Source: Aquabacterium sp.
GTDB lineage: Bacteria > Pseudomonadota > Gammaproteobacteria > Burkholderiales > Burkholderiaceae_C
DNA length: 64,000 nucleotides
NCBI RefSeq assembly: GCF_016234775.1
Contig: NZ_JACRAH010000019.1
Span: 10,105-74,104, forward strand
Direction: 5' to 3'
The translations under genes and the position numbers were made by a program. The first letter of the stretch is position 1. The number at the start of each line of letters is the position of its first letter. The notes beneath the pieces were generated by a model. The model was not told the origin of the DNA. It worked only from the letters and a program-made list of their open reading frames with translations, and did not search any database. Positions 23,078-36,907 of the stretch are shown here, piece after piece.

Positions 23078-23713
23078 TCACCCACGCGCGGCACAGGCGC
23101 GTGATCGAATCCGGCTCAATGAAACCGGTGTGATGCCCAAATAGCGGGCCAGGTCTTTCTGCGGTACGCGTCGTGCCAGATCGCCATCCCGCGCCATGAA
23201 GGCCGTGTAGCGCTGCTCGGGGCTGAGTGTCAGCAGATCGTGCTCACGCCACTCCTTGCGGATGGCGTAATCCTTCCAGCCATTGAGCAAGGCCGTGCGC
23301 CATACCGGGTCGGCTTGCGCGGTGCGCTCGATCCAGTCGTAGTCCAGGCGCTCCAGCTCGCAGGGCTCGATCGCTTCGCAGGCATAGCTGCACACACCGC
23401 CAGGCGACATGGCCGTTACGCTGCCGAAAAAGGCGCCTTCGGCCATGAAGTCCTGTACCCACTCGTCGCCTTGTGCGGTGCGGTAGATCAGCTTCACGCA
23501 ACCTTGCCGGATCACGTACAGATAAGGATGGGCCTGCCCCATCTCGAACAAGACGTCGTCTTTGACCAGCGACACGATGCGAACGTGCGCCAGCGTATCG
23601 GTGGGCATCACCACCTCTTGACCTGCCAGCGCACGCAACACGGCGGCGCAATGCAATCCCTGCTTATCCATTGTTAATGACGCTCGTTCAATCCATGCCG
23701 ATGATGCCTGCAT
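23078..23713 (-). CDS. Crp/Fnr-family transcriptional regulator
   Basis: cNMP-binding-like N-terminal part and a C-terminal HTH (QKDLARYLGITPVSLSRIR). The start may be the internal ATG at 23671. Confidence 0.75.
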   Translation of the reverse strand: MQASSAWIERASLTMDKQGLHCAAVLRALAGQEVVMPTDTLAHVRIVSLVKDDVLFEMGQAHPYLYVIRQGCVKLIYRTAQGDEWVQDFMAEGAFFGSVTAMSPGGVCSYACEAIEPCELERLDYDWIERTAQADPVWRTALLNGWKDYAIRKEWREHDLLTLSPEQRYTAFMARDGDLARRVPQKDLARYLGITPVSLSRIRSRACAARG

Positions 23714-23740
23714 TTATCAACCATTCAAGAGGAAGCGAAG

Positions 23741-24172
23741 ATGAGCGTGGCGTTGTTTGACACAGGTCTGGGCATGTGGGGGGCTCACGCAGGCCCGTGT
23801 CTGATGTGGTTTGCGTGGGCGGCCCTGCTGCTGTTCGGCTTGCCCATGTTGCTGTGGCCCTTGCGCTGGGCCAGCATGCTGGGCTGGGCCTCGACCCCGG
23901 ACGATCACCTGGCCATCTACTTCGGCCGCACGTTGGGCATGGTCACCTGCGCCTTGTCTGTGGCAACCCTGATGGCGTTGAATCACCCCTCTTTGTGGCC
24001 GCTGCTCTACAACCTGAACATCATGATCTTCCTGGCCAATACCGGCGTGCATGCCTGGGGCGCCTTCAAGCGCATTCAGCCTCTGGCAGAAACCTGGGAG
24101 ATACCGTACTGGTTCACCTTGGCTGTGGTGCAGTATCTGTTCTACCCGGCCACGCATTGGACCTGGGGCTGA
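23741..24172 (+). CDS. hypothetical integral membrane protein
   Basis: 143 aa with about four hydrophobic segments. No family recognised. Confidence 0.5.
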   Translation: MSVALFDTGLGMWGAHAGPCLMWFAWAALLLFGLPMLLWPLRWASMLGWASTPDDHLAIYFGRTLGMVTCALSVATLMALNHPSLWPLLYNLNIMIFLANTGVHAWGAFKRIQPLAETWEIPYWFTLAVVQYLFYPATHWTWG

Positions 24173-24252
24173 CCCTGCCTGGCCTGGGGCGGGCGGGAGT
24201 CAATAGAATCACGGCTTGGCCCCTGCCCACCAACTGACACAAGGCACCCTTC

Positions 24253-24936
24253 ATGTCGCGTACCTTCCGCATCGCCCCCAGCATCCTGTCCGCCGATTTC
24301 GCCCGCCTGGGTGAAGAGGTTCGCAACGTGATCGACGCTGGCGCGGACTGGATCCACTTTGACGTGATGGACAACCACTACGTGCCCAACCTGACCTTCG
24401 GGCCCATGGTGTGCCAGGCGCTGCGCAAGCACTCGGTCAAGGCCGACGGCACCAAGGTGCCCATCGATGTGCACCTGATGGTGCAGCCCGTGGACGCCCT
24501 GGCCCAGGCCTTTGCCAAGTCCGGTGCCGACATCATCACCTTCCACCCCGATGCCAGCGCTCACGTGGACCGCACCCTGCAGTTGATCAAGGCCGAAGGC
24601 TGCCAGGCTGGCCTGGTGTTCAACCCGGCCATGCCCATTGACGTGCTGGAGTGGGTGATCGACAAGGTCGATGTGGTGCTGCTGATGAGCGTGAACCCCG
24701 GCTTCGGTGGCCAGAGCTTCATCGACAGCGCACTGCGCAAGGCCGAGAAGGTGCGCAAGATCATCGATGCCTCCGGCCGCGATATCCGCCTGGAAATCGA
24801 TGGCGGCATCAAGGTGGACAACATCCGCCGCGTGGCCGACGCCGGTGTGGACACCTTCGTGGCCGGCAGCGCCATCTTTGGCCAGCCCAGCTACAAGGCC
24901 GTGATCGACGCGATGCGGGAAGAGCTGGCGAAGTGA
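24253..24936 (+). CDS. rpe: ribulose-phosphate 3-epimerase
   Basis: 227 aa. Canonical Rpe sequence ([17 protein letters not shown]...[20 protein letters not shown]...DVHLMV...ITFH.E...[12 protein letters not shown]...IEIDGG). Confidence 0.95.
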   Translation: MSRTFRIAPSILSADFARLGEEVRNVIDAGADWIHFDVMDNHYVPNLTFGPMVCQALRKHSVKADGTKVPIDVHLMVQPVDALAQAFAKSGADIITFHPDASAHVDRTLQLIKAEGCQAGLVFNPAMPIDVLEWVIDKVDVVLLMSVNPGFGGQSFIDSALRKAEKVRKIIDASGRDIRLEIDGGIKVDNIRRVADAGVDTFVAGSAIFGQPSYKAVIDAMREELAK

Positions 24937-24941
24937 CCCCC

Positions 24942-25586
24942 ATGAGCACGCTGCACATCGACTTCATCTCCGACGTCTCCTGTCCCTGGTGCGCGATCGG
25001 CCTCAACGGCCTGCTCAAGGCCATGCAGGAGCTCAATGGCGAGGTGACCGCCACACTCACCTTCCTGCCCTTCGAGCTGAACCCCGACATGCCGCCGGGC
25101 GGACAGGACATCACCGAGCATCTGACGCAGAAGTACGGCAGCACGGCTGAACAGCAAGCCCAGATTCGGGACACCATCCGTCAGCGCGGTGCCGAGGTGG
25201 GCTTTGCCTTCCACAGCGGCGGCCGTGGCCGCATCTACAACACCTTGCATGCCCACCGGCTGCTGCACTGGGCCGGCCTGCAAGGCACGGCCCCGCAGCT
25301 CTTGCTCAAACAGTTGCTGCTCAAGGCCTGCCACACGGACAGCCAGGCCATGGACGACCGCGCGGTGCTGCTGGCCTGCGTGGGCCAGGCCGGGCTGGAT
25401 TTGAACGAAGCCGAAGGCGTTTTGAACGACGGACGCTATACCGAAGAGGTGCAGGAAGCCGAAGCCATGGTGGCCGAAGCGGGCATCCGTTCTGTGCCTG
25501 CTGTGGTGATCAACCAGCGGCATCTGATCTCCGGCGGGCAGCCAGTGGCCAACTACGTGCGGGCCTTGCGGGAGATTGCGGCGTAG
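24942..25586 (+). CDS. DsbA-family (FrnE-like) thiol oxidoreductase
   Basis: Long ORF 24651..25586 trimmed to ATG 24942, just after the rpe stop. Active site CPWC in MSTLHIDFISDVSCPWCAIG. Confidence 0.8.
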   Translation: MSTLHIDFISDVSCPWCAIGLNGLLKAMQELNGEVTATLTFLPFELNPDMPPGGQDITEHLTQKYGSTAEQQAQIRDTIRQRGAEVGFAFHSGGRGRIYNTLHAHRLLHWAGLQGTAPQLLLKQLLLKACHTDSQAMDDRAVLLACVGQAGLDLNEAEGVLNDGRYTEEVQEAEAMVAEAGIRSVPAVVINQRHLISGGQPVANYVRALREIAA

Positions 25587-25658
25587 GGGTGAGGGTCCGA
25601 AAAACACCAGTAGCCCGAAGCACTTCATTCCAGCATCACACAGGCATTGGAGACGTGA

Positions 25659-25874
25659 ATGAGTGAAGCCTCACATCGCTACGATCCCAAGCTTCAAGAA
25701 GCAATTCGGCTCTTTGATGCTGAACTTGTTTCGCTGGGCTGCGCTGCGCACATGGCGGAGATGTCTCGGGCGGAGTTCCTGGCCGTCTTGCACCAGGAGC
25801 AGATCGCCGTTTTGAGGACGACGCCAGAGGAGATTGCGGCAGAAGTTGAGGCATTCACCCGGAACAGGCAGTGA
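25659..25874 (+). CDS. UPF0175-family antitoxin-like small protein
   Basis: 71 aa, GGAG 7 nt upstream of the ATG. Family-typical layout: ...AIRLFDAELVSLGCAAHMAEMSRAEFLAVLHQEQIAVLRTTPEEIAAEVE. Confidence 0.6.
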   Translation: MSEASHRYDPKLQEAIRLFDAELVSLGCAAHMAEMSRAEFLAVLHQEQIAVLRTTPEEIAAEVEAFTRNRQ

Positions 25875-25915
25875 GATCCGCAAGAATGTAGCCAAACAGC
25901 TATCAGGAAGCGCCA

Positions 25916-28204
25916 GTGCCGGATCATCCAACGCTGCACACGACGTCGAAAGAGTCGGGTCATTTCGCCTACTTCGCACACTCGGTAGAAGGGCGCCCCC
26001 CTTCGTCTTGGCAAGGCCTCTCTGAACACCTCATGGCCGTAGGCGATTTGGCCGCAGGCTTCGCCCAAGCCTTTGGCGGCGAGCAACTGGCCGCTTGTGC
26101 AGGGCTCTTGCATGACTTGGGCAAGTACACGAATGAGTTTCAATCCAGATTGAAGGGCAGCCCCGAAAAAGTCGATCATTCGACCTGGGGCGCCCGCATC
26201 GCATTGGAACGCTACCCGTCCTTGGGCTACCTGCTGGCCTACGCCATTGCCGGGCACCACGCAGGCTTGGCGAACGGCAATGGCGAAGGCCGTCGCACCA
26301 GCCTGCAAGAGCGCCTGGCTGCGGAGTTGCCGAAGCTGCATCCGCAATGGCAAGACGAACTGCCAGTGCCTGCGGCCTTGCCCATGCCCAGCTTCATCAA
26401 GCCCCACCCCGAGCGAGGCATGTTCCAGATGGCTTTTCTGGTGCGCATGCTGTTCTCATGCTTGGTGGACGCCGACTTTCTGGACACGGAAGCCTTCTAC
26501 AACTGCGTGGAAGGCCGCCCCACGTTGCGGCCTGAATCTGGCACCGGGCCCACGCTGACCGACCTGAAGGCCGCGCTGGATCTGCACCTGGTCGGGTTTC
26601 GCGCAGACAAGCCGGTCAACCAGATCCGCGCCGAGATCCTCCAGCATGTACGCGCTCAGGCCGACTTGAGGCCTGGCCTGTTCTCGCTCACCGTGCCCAC
26701 AGGTGGCGGCAAGACCTTGGCCTCGCTGGCCTTTGCGCTGGACCACGCCATCCGCCACGGCCAACAGCGGGTGATCTTCGTGATCCCCTTCACCAGCATC
26801 GTGGAGCAAAACGCTGCGGTGTTCCGTCAGGCGCTCGGCCCTTGGGGCGAATCCGCCGTGCTGGAGCACCACAGCGCCTTTGCGGATGACCCGCGCGACA
26901 GCAAAGAAGCCCGGGACAAGGTGCGCCTGGCCATGGAGAACTGGGGTGCACCCATCATCGTCACCACGGCGGTGCAGTTCTTTGAGAGCTTATTTGCAGA
27001 CCGCCCATCCAAATGCCGCAAGCTGCACCACATCGCCAACAGCGTGGTGATCCTGGATGAAGCGCAAACCATGCCGTTGAAGGTGCTGCGCCCCTGCGTG
27101 GCCGCCTTGGATGAACTGGCGCGCAACTACCGCAGCAGCGTGGTGCTGTGCACGGCCACCCAACCCGCGTTGAAGGCACCCGATGTGGCAGCGGGCGTCG
27201 AAGGCTTTGAAGGCGGCCTTGAAAACGTGCGTGAGCTGGCGCCCGAGCCTGCCAAGCTCTTCGAGCAACTCAAGCGCGTCACGGTCAAGCACGTCGGTGC
27301 GCTGGACGACGCGGACTTGCTGAGCCAGTTGCGCGAGCGCGAACAGGTGCTGTGCATCGTCAACAACCGCCGCCATGCGCGGGCCTTGTACCAGGGCATG
27401 GCTGACCTGAGCGGTACCTACCACCTGACCACCCTCATGTGCGCGGCGCACCGCAGCCAGGTACTGGCCACCGCGCGAGAAGCCTTGAAGCAAGGGCAGC
27501 CTTGCCGGTTGGTGTCCACAGCGTTGATTGAGGCGGGCGTAGACGTTGCTTTCCCCACGGTCTACCGGGCCGAAGCGGGGCTTGATTCCATCGCCCAAGC
27601 CGCAGGGCGCTGCAACCGCGAGGGTCGCTGGGCTGCGAAGGACAGTGAAGTGCGCATCTTTGCCAATGCCAACGAAGACTGGAAGGCCCCGCCTGAACTG
27701 CGCCAGTTTGCCGACGTGACCCGCGAGGTGTTGAGGAACCACCAAGGCGACCCGCTGGACCCAGTGGCCATCGAGCGCTACTTCAAGCAGCTCTATTGGC
27801 AGAAGGGGGGCAATGCACTGGACTACTGGGGACTACTTGGGTTGCTCAAGGGCGCCAAGATTCAAAGTCTGCCCATGGATACTCTGGCTGAGAAATTCAA
27901 AATGATCGACAGCGTGCAGATGCCGGTGATCATTCCATTTGACGATGAGGCCAGGGATGCCATCCGTGACCTGCAATTCGTAGACGGCCTGCAAGGCATC
28001 AGCCGCCGCCTGCAGCGGTATCTGGTGCAGGTGCCCAGGCACGGCTTTGAGGCCTTGCGCAAGGCGGGTGCCATCGGGGCGGTCCGTCCGGAAAAGTGGG
28101 GTGATCAGTTCATGGTCTTGGCCAATGAGAGCTTGTATGAGCGTGATGTAGGTTTGTCATGGGACAACCCCGTTTTCATCGCTTCTTCAGCCTTGGTGAT
28201 CTGA
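25916..28204 (+). CDS. cas3: CRISPR-associated nuclease/helicase Cas3 (type I)
   Basis: 762 aa. N-terminal HD nuclease (LHDLGKY, GHHAG), helicase motif I VPTGGGKT, motif II ILDEAQ, and C-terminal helicase motifs (QAAGRCNR). Confidence 0.95.
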   Translation: MPDHPTLHTTSKESGHFAYFAHSVEGRPPSSWQGLSEHLMAVGDLAAGFAQAFGGEQLAACAGLLHDLGKYTNEFQSRLKGSPEKVDHSTWGARIALERYPSLGYLLAYAIAGHHAGLANGNGEGRRTSLQERLAAELPKLHPQWQDELPVPAALPMPSFIKPHPERGMFQMAFLVRMLFSCLVDADFLDTEAFYNCVEGRPTLRPESGTGPTLTDLKAALDLHLVGFRADKPVNQIRAEILQHVRAQADLRPGLFSLTVPTGGGKTLASLAFALDHAIRHGQQRVIFVIPFTSIVEQNAAVFRQALGPWGESAVLEHHSAFADDPRDSKEARDKVRLAMENWGAPIIVTTAVQFFESLFADRPSKCRKLHHIANSVVILDEAQTMPLKVLRPCVAALDELARNYRSSVVLCTATQPALKAPDVAAGVEGFEGGLENVRELAPEPAKLFEQLKRVTVKHVGALDDADLLSQLREREQVLCIVNNRRHARALYQGMADLSGTYHLTTLMCAAHRSQVLATAREALKQGQPCRLVSTALIEAGVDVAFPTVYRAEAGLDSIAQAAGRCNREGRWAAKDSEVRIFANANEDWKAPPELRQFADVTREVLRNHQGDPLDPVAIERYFKQLYWQKGGNALDYWGLLGLLKGAKIQSLPMDTLAEKFKMIDSVQMPVIIPFDDEARDAIRDLQFVDGLQGISRRLQRYLVQVPRHGFEALRKAGAIGAVRPEKWGDQFMVLANESLYERDVGLSWDNPVFIASSALVI

Positions 28205-28233
28205 AGTCCTTTACCATCATTCGCGTGGCATAA

Positions 28234-30757
<2,524 letters not shown>

Positions 30758-30761
<4 letters not shown>

Positions 30762-31651
30762 GCGCGATCACACACCGCCACGAATTCGTCTTTCTGTTTG
30801 ACGTCACCAATGGCAACCCCAATGGCGACCCGGATGCGGGCAACCTGCCGCGCCTGGATCCCGAAACCAACAAGGGCCTCGTGACGGACGTGTGCCTCAA
30901 ACGTAAGATCCGCAACTACGTGACGCTGGACAAAGGCGACAACGCAGGCTTCGCGATCTACATGCAGGAAAAGGCCGTGTTGAACAACCAGCACGCCATC
31001 GGGCGCAAGGCTGTGGGCCTGGAAAAGGAGACAGCAGACGAACTCAAGAAGCTGCCCAAAGACGAGGCCAAGGCGCGTGAGCTGACCGCCTGGATGTGCA
31101 GCAACTTCTTTGACATCCGCGCGTTTGGCGCTGTCATGACCACGGGCGTGAATGCTGGTCAGGTGCGTGGGCCCGTGCAACTGGCTTTCGCCACATCCAT
31201 TGACCCGGTCGTGCCCATCGAGGTGTCCATCACCCGCATGGCCGTGACCACGCAAAAAGAAGCTGATGACCAAAGCGGCGACAACCGCACGATGGGCCGC
31301 AAGCACATCATCCCCTATGGCCTGTACCGCGTACATGGCTTTGTGTCGGCCAAGCTGGCCGAGCGCACAGGCTTTTCTGACAGTGACCTGAGCCTGCTGT
31401 GGCAATCGCTCGTCAACATGTTCGAGCACGACCGCTCGGCAGCGCGTGGCGAGATGGCATCCCGCAAGCTCTTCGTGTTCGAGCACGAAAGCGCCATGGG
31501 CAACGCCCCGGCTCACAAGCTCTTCGAGTTGGTTGAGGTGGATCGGCTAACGACCGAGGCGGATGGCCCGGCGCGTGCATTCACTGACTACAAGGTGTCG
31601 GTCAAGCGCGATGCGCTGCCGTCGGGCGTCACCCTGCACGAACTGCTGTGA
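30758..31651 (+). CDS. cas7: Cas7c (Csd2) backbone subunit, type I-C
   Basis: 297 aa. Typical Csd2 N-terminus ([46 protein letters not shown]). Confidence 0.95.
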
Positions 31652-31678
31652 TCAAGGTGTGAAGCGGCAAGGGGGAAT

Positions 31679-32317
31679 ATGGGCATGGATGACGATGCAC
31701 TGATCCCCCTGTCAGCCTTGCAGCATTACCTGTATTGCCCCAGGCAATGCGCGCTGATCCATGTAGAGCAGTTGTGGGCAGAAAGCCAGCACACCGCTGA
31801 AGGTCGCTTGCTTCACGACAAAGCCGACAAGCCCAAGATGGAGCACCGTAAAGGCGTTCGCACCGTCACGGCCATGCCCCTGGCCCAGCCGCTGTTGGGA
31901 ATCACAGGGGTGGCCGATGTGGTCGAGTTCCATATGGGGGACGACGCCGCAGAGCGCCCTTACCCAGTGGAATACAAGCGCGGGCGGCCCAAGGCGCATC
32001 AAGCCGACGAAGTGCAACTGTGTGCCCAGGCCTTGTGCCTGGAGCACATGTTGAGCTGCCAGATCCCCGAAGGGGCGCTGTACTATGGTGAAACGCGCAG
32101 ACGCACCGTGGTGCTCTTCGATGTGGCCTTGCGGGCCTTAACTTGCGAGACCATCGAAGCCACACGGGCCATGGTGGCAAGCGGCCATACGCCTTCGGCC
32201 ACGTACTCGGCCAAGCTCTGCGACAACTGTTCCCTGCTCGACCTGTGTCAGCCGCGCTTGCTCCACAGGGGCGAATCTGTGCAGCACTGGTTGCGTGCGC
32301 AACTGAAAGGCGAATGA
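31679..32317 (+). CDS. cas4: Cas4 RecB-like exonuclease
   Basis: 212 aa. N-terminal Cys (YCPRQCAL), a C-terminal Cys triad (CDNCSLLDLC), and a RecB motif region (EYKRGRPK). Confidence 0.9.
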   Translation: MGMDDDALIPLSALQHYLYCPRQCALIHVEQLWAESQHTAEGRLLHDKADKPKMEHRKGVRTVTAMPLAQPLLGITGVADVVEFHMGDDAAERPYPVEYKRGRPKAHQADEVQLCAQALCLEHMLSCQIPEGALYYGETRRRTVVLFDVALRALTCETIEATRAMVASGHTPSATYSAKLCDNCSLLDLCQPRLLHRGESVQHWLRAQLKGE

Positions 32318-32320
32318 GCC

Positions 32321-33361
32321 ATGCGGCGGCAACTCAACACCTTATACGTGACGACCGAAGGTGCCTGGTTGCACAAGGACGGCGCCAACATCGTCATGGA
32401 CGTGGACGGCGAAACCCGTGCGCGCTTGCCTGTTCACATGTTGGAGGGGCTTGTTTGCCTCGGGCGTGTGATGGTGTCGCCACCCTTGATGGGCTATTGC
32501 GCAGAGCAAGGCATCACCGTGTCTTATCTGTCGATGCATGGGCGATTTCAGGCCAGGGTTGAAGGGCCCGTATCGGGCAATGTGTTGTTGCGGCGAGAGC
32601 AATACCGCCGCACGGATGACCCCACCCGCTGTGCGCAGATCGTGCAGAACATCCTGGTGGGCAAGCTGCACAACCAGCGGGCGGTTCTGGGGCGAGGCTT
32701 GCGGGACCATGCCGACAAGCTCACAGACGATGACAAGGCAGCGCTCACTCACGCGCACAAACGCCTGGATCGCATCATGGACAAGGTGCAGAGCGAAACC
32801 ACACTCGACGTGCTGCGCGGGCTGGAAGGCGAGGCAGCACAGAGCTACTTTGGTGTGTTTGACCACCTGATCCGCAGCAACGAGACCGCCATGCGTTTCA
32901 AAGGGCGCAGCCGCAGGCCGCCGATGGATGCGGTCAATGCCTTGCTGTCCTTCCTGTACACCTTGATCACGCATGACTGCAGATCGGCCTTGGAAAGCGT
33001 GGGGCTGGATCCCTCGGTGGGCTTCCTGCACCGCGACCGCCCAGGGCGCCCCAGCCTGGCGCTGGATCTGCTGGAAGAGTTCCGGCCCCTGCTGGCGGAC
33101 AGGTTGGCGCTGTCGCTCATCAATTTGAAGCAGCTCACATCCAAGGACTTCCAGACCATGGACAACGGGGCCGTGCTGTTGAAGGAAGACTCGCGCAAGG
33201 TCGTGCTGACCGCCTATCAGGAGCGCAAGCGCGAAGAGCTTCGACACGTCTTCCTAGATGAGAAGGCACCCATCGGGCTGTTCCCATTTCTTCAGGCGCA
33301 GTTGATGGCCAGGCACCTGCGTGGCGACATTGATGGCTATCCGCCGTTTTTGTGGAAGTGA
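32321..33361 (+). CDS. cas1: Cas1 integrase, type I-C
   Basis: 346 aa. Typical Cas1 sequence (LNTLYVTTEGAWLHKDG...EG.AA..YF..F...........F.GR.RRPP.D.VNALLSF.Y..L). Confidence 0.95.
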   Translation: MRRQLNTLYVTTEGAWLHKDGANIVMDVDGETRARLPVHMLEGLVCLGRVMVSPPLMGYCAEQGITVSYLSMHGRFQARVEGPVSGNVLLRREQYRRTDDPTRCAQIVQNILVGKLHNQRAVLGRGLRDHADKLTDDDKAALTHAHKRLDRIMDKVQSETTLDVLRGLEGEAAQSYFGVFDHLIRSNETAMRFKGRSRRPPMDAVNALLSFLYTLITHDCRSALESVGLDPSVGFLHRDRPGRPSLALDLLEEFRPLLADRLALSLINLKQLTSKDFQTMDNGAVLLKEDSRKVVLTAYQERKREELRHVFLDEKAPIGLFPFLQAQLMARHLRGDIDGYPPFLWK

Positions 33362-33370
33362 GGTCGGCGC

Positions 33371-33661
33371 ATGATGGTTTTGGTCAGCTACGACGTGAGC
33401 ACCCAAGACAAAGCGGGTGCCAGGCGCTTGCGACGGATCGCGAAAGCTTGCCTGAACCTCGGGCAGAGGGTGCAGTTTTCGGTGTTTGAGATTGAGCTGG
33501 AGCCAGCGCGGTGGGTACAGTTAAAGGTTGAGCTGATGTCGATCATGGAGCCGACAACGGACAGCTTGCGCTTTTACTACCTCGGCAAGAACTGGCAGAA
33601 CAAGGTGGAGCATGTCGGGGCGAAGGCTGTGCTCGACCTCAATGCGCCCCTGATTCTTTGA
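33371..33661 (+). CDS. cas2: Cas2
   Basis: 96 aa. MMVLVSYDVSTQDKAGARRLRRIAKACLNLGQRVQFSVFE is typical of Cas2. Confidence 0.95.
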   Translation: MMVLVSYDVSTQDKAGARRLRRIAKACLNLGQRVQFSVFEIELEPARWVQLKVELMSIMEPTTDSLRFYYLGKNWQNKVEHVGAKAVLDLNAPLIL

Positions 33662-33841
33662 TGCTTTTGCGAACCTCAAGTGGTTGGGGATGCTTTGGGC
33701 AGTTCGCGGCTCTTTAACATATTGATTTTTATGGGAATCGGCAGACCGGAACCGATCGGTTGTTTGATTCTGGGTATTGAGAAAAGGGGTTCGCAGATGC
33801 GGATCCTTTTTGCCGTTGGGGCAATGGTTTATAAGTACGCA
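33662..33841 (+). promoter_or_regulatory. CRISPR leader
   Basis: 180-bp stretch, relatively AT-rich, between the cas2 stop and the first repeat (TTTAACATATTGATTTTTATGGG...). Contains the perfect 12-bp palindrome AACCGATCGGTT (33750-33761). Confidence 0.7.
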
Positions 33842-35608
<1,767 letters not shown>

Positions 35609-35713
35609 TAACAGGTCGTTGCGTAGCCACTGTTAACCATCAATTGAGTGCCAGTGATGGCATGGTGCGCGGGAGGATATCCACTCAAAACGCACTGACG
35701 CTATGCTTATGCC

Positions 35714-36871
35714 ATGCCCAGCTTCCTCCGCCCCATTCAGTCCCGCCTGCCCCACGTCGGCACCACGATCTTCACCGTGATGTCCGCGCTGTCTCAGCAG
35801 CATGGCGCGATCAACCTGTCGCAGGGCTTTCCTGACTTCGACGCACCGGCCGACTTGCTGGCGCTGTTGAACGAGGCCACCCAGGCTGGGCACAACCAGT
35901 ACGCCCCCATGACCGGTGCGCCGGTGTTGCGCGAGGCCATTGCCGCCAAGGTGCAGGCGCTGTACGGTGCCACCTACGATGTGGCGCATGAGATCACGGT
36001 GACGGCCGGTGCCACGCAGGCCCTCTTCACGGCCGTGGCCGCCATGGTGCACCCGGGTGATGAGGTCATCGTGTTCACGCCGGTGTACGACAGCTACGGC
36101 CCGTCCATCGAGTTGCAAGGTGGCAAGGTCGTGTATGTCGATCTGACACTGCCCGACTATCGCCCGGATTGGACCAAGGTCAAGGCGCTGATCACCGCGC
36201 GCACGCGCATGATCATCATCAACTCGCCGCACAACCCGACGGGCACGGTGTGGACCGCCGATGACATGGCCGCACTCGAAGCCCTGGTCAAGGACACCGA
36301 CATCGTCATCGTCAGCGACGAGGTCTATGAGCACATGGTGTTCGACCAGGCCCGCCATGAAAGCGTGTTGCGCTATCCGGGCCTGGCTGAGCGCAGCTTC
36401 GTGGTCTCCAGCTTTGGCAAGACCTATCACATCACCGGTTGGAAGATTGCCTACTGCCTGGCACCGCGCGAGTTGATGGCTGAGTTCCGCAAAGCGCACC
36501 AGTTCATCGTGTTCACGGTGCATGCGCCCTCGCAATACGCGCTCGCCGAGTTCATGAAGCGGCCCGGTTGGTACGAGCAGCTCAAGGCGTTGTACCAAGG
36601 CAAGCGGGACATCTTCCGCCAGGCCCTTGCCGGCTCACGCTTCGAGTTGCTGCCTTGCCAGGGCACCTATTTCCAGTGCGTGAAGTACGGCGCCATCAGC
36701 AACGAGGGTGATCGTGCCTTTGTGGAGCGCCTCACGCGCGAACATGGTGTGGCGGCCATCCCCGTATCAGCCTTCTACCCCAATGGCGATGACCATGGGG
36801 TGATCCGCTTCTGCTTTGCCAAATCGGCGGCCACGCTGGAGAACGCGCTGGCGCGCCTGATCAAGCTGTGA
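35714..36871 (+). CDS. class I/II PLP-dependent aminotransferase (methionine/kynurenine aminotransferase-like)
   Basis: 385 aa. INLSQGFPDF, NSPHNPTG, and PLP-lysine context SSFGKTYHITGWKIAY. Confidence 0.85.
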   Translation: MPSFLRPIQSRLPHVGTTIFTVMSALSQQHGAINLSQGFPDFDAPADLLALLNEATQAGHNQYAPMTGAPVLREAIAAKVQALYGATYDVAHEITVTAGATQALFTAVAAMVHPGDEVIVFTPVYDSYGPSIELQGGKVVYVDLTLPDYRPDWTKVKALITARTRMIIINSPHNPTGTVWTADDMAALEALVKDTDIVIVSDEVYEHMVFDQARHESVLRYPGLAERSFVVSSFGKTYHITGWKIAYCLAPRELMAEFRKAHQFIVFTVHAPSQYALAEFMKRPGWYEQLKALYQGKRDIFRQALAGSRFELLPCQGTYFQCVKYGAISNEGDRAFVERLTREHGVAAIPVSAFYPNGDDHGVIRFCFAKSAATLENALARLIKL

Positions 36872-36872
36872 A

Positions 36873-36895
36873 GCGCCATGCGGTGGGCATGGCGC
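36873..36895. terminator. hairpin between convergent genes
   Basis: GCGCCATGC (36873-36881), loop GGTGG, GCATGGCGC (36887-36895). There is no U-run, so terminator function is uncertain. Confidence 0.35.
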
Positions 36896-36907
36896 ACGTG
36901 TGCCACC

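Noticed and set aside
25875-26025. Search for a PIN/DUF3368 toxin partner of the UPF0175 gene, including ORF 25834..26025.
   Set aside because: The 41-nt gap cannot hold a gene. The overlapping ORF translation (Ser/Ala/Arg-rich) has no PIN acidic residues and is out of frame within cas3.
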